This document shows positions 59,144 through 64,000 of a stretch of 64,000 bases of DNA, one piece after another. The position numbers were made by a program, and so were the translations under genes. Under the pieces are notes generated by a model. The model was not told where the DNA came from. It made no database searches and saw only the letters and a list, made by a program, of their open reading frames with translations. Each line of letters opens with the position of its first letter. Within the stretch, counting starts at the first letter, position 1. The DNA comes from Blastocladiella emersonii ATCC 22665 (lineage: Eukaryota > Fungi > Blastocladiomycota): assembly GCA_025594325.1 (NCBI GenBank), contig JANHCV010000008.1, forward strand, positions 1,488,001 through 1,552,000, given 5' to 3'.

Positions 59144-62100
59144 ATGACTTTTACACACGCGCCGCCGCCCCGCAAGTCGGCCCGCCTGCTGGCCAAGTCT
59201 GCCGCCACCTCGCGAGCAGTTCAGGCCGGAGCCGAGCCCGCTTGCGAGACACCGGACATCACCGCCGCTTCCCGAACTGCCTTGTCACCGGCTCCTCCGC
59301 ATGAACCCCTCTCGTCAGCGAAACGCACCATGGGATTCTTTGGCGAGATTGTTAGCGATAGCGACTCGGAGTCCTTGAGCGAAGCCGACGAGCTTGTCTT
59401 CCGTTCTGCAGCTTACGGCCAGAGCTTTTTGAAATCTCCTCGCTTGAATCCCGATCCAGATGCCGCCGCCGCTGCTGCGCCAGCCCTATTTGTGCGGTGC
59501 GCAGTTGATGCGCCCGTACCTGCAACCTTCACTGCAGCGAGCTCGCCGGAGTACCGCGCTGCCCGCTTGCATGCTGAGCGCGCTGCTTGCGGTTGGTGAG
59601 TCCCCTTTGACGCCGAACAGTGCCTTGACTCGAACTGTGAACCGCTCATGGAAATGCCGGACGCGCTTGCGCCCGAGACTCTTGTCAGTGAGTGGATCGA
59701 CAGCCAAGTTACGCGGTTCGACCAGCCTGGTATGCAGCTCGCTGGGACTCGGTGCAACGTACAACTGACACTCGTCCACTGCGCTATTAAATCTGTTTCT
59801 CGGTATGGATACGGTCGTGCTTGCGAACCGCTTTCCGATGCCCGAAGCGCTTCTTGACAGGGAGAAGAAGGTGTGGCTTGACACTACATGCCCCGTCCTT
59901 TCCGAACTAGATGTGCACCGCGAGGCCGTGTTCCGCCTCGAGCGCGTGCACCACGACGGCCTTCACCAGAACCTTCGCGTCTATGATCGCACCGCGGTCG
60001 AGTACGTGAAGTACCGCACTGCCAACCTCGCACCACATAACCCGTCGCGCAACTACACGCTTCGCGACTTTATGCGAAACATCGAGGCCGACCCGTACTT
60101 TCGGCCGCGCCACCGCCGTGGTTGGGGTATTTTGAAGAAGGCGGGCTCCATTGCTGACATCAACGTGTTCTCGCTTGCCTCGGACGCTCCCTTTCCATCA
60201 GCGGCTTTCAACGAGCCGTACGATTTTGCGCCTTGGAATGTGAATCTTCCGCCTGGCTCACCTAACTACGAGCCGCCGCAATCGTGCACTGCTGGCTCGG
60301 TTCTTATGCCAGCATCTCGGGAGCTCTCCAGCCGCCCCTTTCTCGATCTCGACCCAAGCTGCTCGCGGTACCTCCGGCTGGTGCTCCGGTTGGTCTACGG
60401 CGAGCAGTACCCGCACTCGGGCAAAATGTTCACGTACCACCTCGCCGCGTATTTGTGAACTGCCACCGCCAACCGCGATCTGTGCGATCCAGGCCGACGC
60501 GTGGCAGCGCGTCAACTTCTGCGCAAGCTTTTCCGAGTGTATCCTCCCGCTTTGATCTTCGATCGCGATGCACCGAACCACCATGAGCCTGTGAAGAAAG
60601 ACTTTCCCTTGCACCCACTTCCGCCTGGCGCGAGTCTATCTGGCTGGCTCGATGAGCTCGAGACGAACCCCGCGGCGAGGACCTTGCAGCTTGCTCCCCG
60701 CGACCGCACGGAGCCTTACATCCGGCTTGGCCCCGGCGGAATGGTGTACAATTACCTCACGGGCGAGTTCACATCCTCCTGTCCTCCGACTTGGCTGCTT
60801 CCGCCTCCCACGCCCGTGCCATTGAGATTCGGGTCGCGTTTGTTCGAGCGACTCGCGGCACACCTGCGGCTTACGCGGGGGTACTTGGTTTATCCGCGCC
60901 AGAATTTACGCCCGAGGTTCCTGCGCGGCTTCGCGGCGATACCGCTTTGCCTGTTCCTTCAAAGGCGATCCTTGTGCTGCTTCCTTCAGCGCTGGCCATG
61001 GATAAATGGAACGCGGCAGCGCAGCAGATTTTTGGTCCTGCTGCTCGGATCATTCTCTTACGCGACTTCGCCGAGTATCGCACCGCGACGCTGCAGGATC
61101 TTCAGGACGCTGACGTCGTGCTTCTGAATTCGTCCATCCGTCATGGTGATGATGATAGTGTCGCATCGACTCATGATTCGAAGCAATCTGGAGCACGCGA
61201 TCTCGTCATCAACGAGTCCAACCTCGGTTGGGCTAAGCTGACAGCGCTTTACTACCGCCGAGTGATTTTCGGTTCCAAGGCTTCGTCTTTCTGCGGCCTG
61301 CGGGCCAGGCTCACAATCGACCTCGCGTTCCACGGTGCTTCCATGTTCCACGGTGTTTCCGTGACCGTGGGAGACATTCAAAAACGGATTGCCCACATCT
61401 CCGAGTTCTACTTGTCTATTGATCCTGAAATTGCTCAACGCTTGAGGGAGCAGTTCACTCGAAAGCTCGCGGCTCCTGCTCAGTTTCATCGGACCAAGCT
61501 TGTGTCGAGTGCTTTGGGCCCGCTTGCCGATCGTTCGAATAACGACACTTGCAGCTCGCTTGCCCTGCGCCAGAGCCCGCTGCCCTCGCCAACTTTAACG
61601 CGACTTGGCACCATGTTCTGCGGCCGTGTGCCGCCTGGGAAACACGCCACAGCCGATCTCGTTGCCTTCGCGGTCGAGCAGCTGCGCCAGCTGTCCCCAA
61701 TGCCGCACGATCTCGAGTGGGACGACTGGCTCAAGTGGGCCCGCTTGGTCGGGCTCGCCCGGTCCGACCTCCCCGTTGCGCGCCCTGTGAGAACACCAGA
61801 CGTGCCGGTCGCTTTCACGAATAACGCGAGGGACAACCAGATGAGGTTCCGGCGCAACCACATCCCGTTACGCCCGTTGCCTGGGCCGAACGCGCGGTTC
61901 TTTGACTTTGCTCAGCTGCTTGTTGAGGCGCGCGCCGCACTCGCTGCTGGGATCACGTTGGTCTTTGTTCCTGGTGGGATGAATCCCGAAAATCCTGGTC
62001 TCGCTTCCGCCGCGCTTTCCGCGCCACATCTTGACTACGGCGCCAAGGTGCAGGCCGTGCAAGACGTGTTGCGCGGCAGCAACGGCGAGCGGACCGTCGT

Positions 62101-62506
62101 TTGGTGTCAGTCTCCGGTCCTCGCAGCGCTCATCTCGCGCGCGATCGCCACGACCACTGACCTGCCCTTCATTGACAGTTTCCCGCCAATCCTCGCCGTG
62201 GCGGAGCGCGCCATGACCGAGTTCAACGAAGGAATGCACCCAGAGCCCCGCGCAATCATCCTGCCGCTTCCCGACGACGTGCGGGCAGCTGTCAGTGCGC
62301 GACTCTTCCCCAACCGACTCAACATGCTGTTCGTGCATCCAGTTGTCGGCAGTTCCGAGTCCGAGACGCTCCAGCTCGTCTACCGGGCGTTGCGCATCGC
62401 AAAGGACGATAACGTCGCTGTCCGGTGGCTCGTGGCCAAGGGTACAGTTGAGGAGAGCCTGATACGCCCGATCGTGGCCAAGTTCCGGTTCGGGTTGCCG
62501 GAGTAA
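59144..62506 (+). CDS. Degenerate SNF2-family (Rad5/16-like) protein; multi-exon, exon structure unresolved, possibly a pseudogene
   Basis: In SNF2 order: YNYLTGEF, AILVLLPSALAMDKW (Ia), DADVVLLNS, YYRRVIF (II), YGAKVQAV..ERTVVWCQ (IV), QLVYRALRIAK..VRWLVAKGTVEESLI (VI and C-terminal). No GKT, DExH or RING visible. Apparent frameshift near 60830-60940. Confidence 0.6.
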
Positions 62507-62593
62507 AGCCTTTATCTATCCGTACAACTTGTATAAACATCGCTTTGCTTTCTGCCCGCAATACTTGCCTGAGGAACACAGAAGCACGCTTTC

Positions 62594-62616
62594 GACGCGT
62601 TCCGATATCATGTGAC
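62594..62616 (+). promoter_or_regulatory. Bipartite motif GACGCG-N7-ATCATGTGAC upstream of L5
   Basis: GACGCG TTCCGAT ATCATGTGAC; the position homologous to the L4 start codon is 62692. Confidence 0.7.
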
Positions 62617-62691
62617 AGGCGTGAGACGAATGCCGCCACAACTCGGACGCCGCGGCCGCCAAGCAGCCTTCCCTCCACCACTCTGAACACT

Positions 62692-64000
62692 ACGGAAGCA
62701 CATGCAACTTACCGCAACTTGAACTTGCCGCACATTGTCGAGCGTGTCCTGCGTTATGCTGTCCAGGTGCACGACAACCCAAACGACATGGTCGGACTCG
62801 CGCAGTACGCGCGCGTCATGAAGCACGCGGACATCCCGTCCGTCATCCGCGCCATCTTGCTCCGATGCCCGCTGCTTTCCATGGACGAGGCGAGCAAACG
62901 CGGGAAACTTGCTGCACTGGACTTGTGGCGCGAATCGCGATTGCCCTTGAACTACACGGTCGAGGCGTTGCTGGGCGCTGGTCGCGCGCTGAAATACCAG
63001 GTGCTGGACTGGTGGCGCGACTCGGAGCTTCCAATCCAGGGACTATTGGACTCGATGGATGGTAACGACGGTGCGTCTGAGGTTGTGGTTGGCGTGATCG
63101 GAGCTCGCGTAGTCTCTGAAAGGGGGAGGGTTCGTTAGATTCTCGCTACGGCCGAGTCGATTGATGATGGTGCTAACTGTAAATTTAGGCTTGGCTGCGC
63201 AACCTGGAGCCGGGTGACGCACAAGTCGTACAAATCGCATCCAGTATCTCCCACGGCAAGTGCAACACTGTTAATTTAGCTGCCGGACGACTCACCCGAT
63301 ACGGGATCAATACCCTGAATTGTGCGCTGGCGAGCGACCGCCAGGAGGTTGAATCTCTGTACTTCGGCCAGTGCAACATGACCGTCGATATTGCCCGGTC
63401 CCTCGCCCTTCCGTCAACGGTGACCTCGATTACCTTCGAAAGTATGCGCCACGACGTTCCGCGCGCTGCCTCGCCCACCGCCACACTCTCCCGCCCGGTT
63501 CCCCGTTTCCTGATTCGGTGACATTCCTACACTTCGAGCATTCCTGGGTCGACCCACGGTGTGACGCGGCGTTGGGTAGTCTCTTCCCGGTGCGTCTCAA
63601 GCGTCTCAACATGTTCAGCTATGACCTCAGTCTGCTTGACGCCTCGACCACGTTCTTTACTTACCTTCCCTCGACGCTCAAGTCTCTCAATTTCGATCAA
63701 ACCTGCTTTCGGCCTTCGAATTTGGCTGACTCGGCGATGCCAACCCCCGCTTTTACGGCGCTCTTGCGCTCACTTCCGCGCTCCTTGGAAGGACTACGTC
63801 TCGACGCGTACATGCTGACTGCCGCGGACATTCAAGTTCTTGCACTAAAGCTCCCTAGCTCGCTTGCAGAGCTCGATCTCTCAGGCAATAAGTTCAACGG
63901 AGCCATGTCAGCCCTTGATCTGCCTCCAAAGCTACGTGTTCTCAAACTCGCGTCATGTTCTCTCTCTGATTCTGATCTCGGGATGCTTGCAAGCGACGTG
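62692..64000 (+). pseudogene. LRR family copy L5 (start codon reads ACG; frameshifts; runs off the window edge)
   Basis: Close to L4 (NLNLPHIVERVLRYAV...SMDEASKRGK); ACG at 62692 where L4 has ATG; LRR tail LPSSLAELDLSGNKF near 63850. Confidence 0.75.

Noticed and set aside
1-64000. Endogenous giant virus (ankyrin, F-box, LRR, SNF2 content)
   Set aside because: No capsid, polymerase, packaging ATPase or other NCLDV hallmark recognised; the genes have host-type spliceosomal introns.

Overview
This is GC-rich (about 60-65% by eye) eukaryotic DNA with short introns of 51-72 nt (GTRYGY donors, CTRAC-type branch points). That fits a fungus, and the gene families suggest an early-diverging lineage such as Blastocladiomycota (inference, not proven). 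The window is mostly an accessory birth-and-death compartment around a small housekeeping island at 48.7-53.1 kb (URI/Bud27 prefoldin, a secreted Reeler-like protein, an equilibrative nucleoside transporter). The accessory part holds four F-box-like genes, six or seven F-box-like/ankyrin-like/LRR genes or fragments, two DUF4470-like genes, three tandem copies of a large gene with a degenerate Ulp1-like domain, a degenerate SNF2-like gene and a C2H2 zinc-finger pseudogene; most carry stops or frameshifts. Mobile elements: the 5' end of a Ty1/copia element (its gag ORF runs off the left edge and is missing from the ORF track), three related non-autonomous Helitrons, and one end of a probable CACTA-like element. 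Two patterns are not explained by the annotation. First, all four F-box-like genes sit head-to-head with an LRR-family gene or fragment. Second, a fixed-spacing motif, GACGCG-N7-ATCATGTGAY, occurs seven times, in gene orientation, about 75-125 bp upstream of start codons of unrelated families. All family assignments come from motif recognition by eye; no searches were run.
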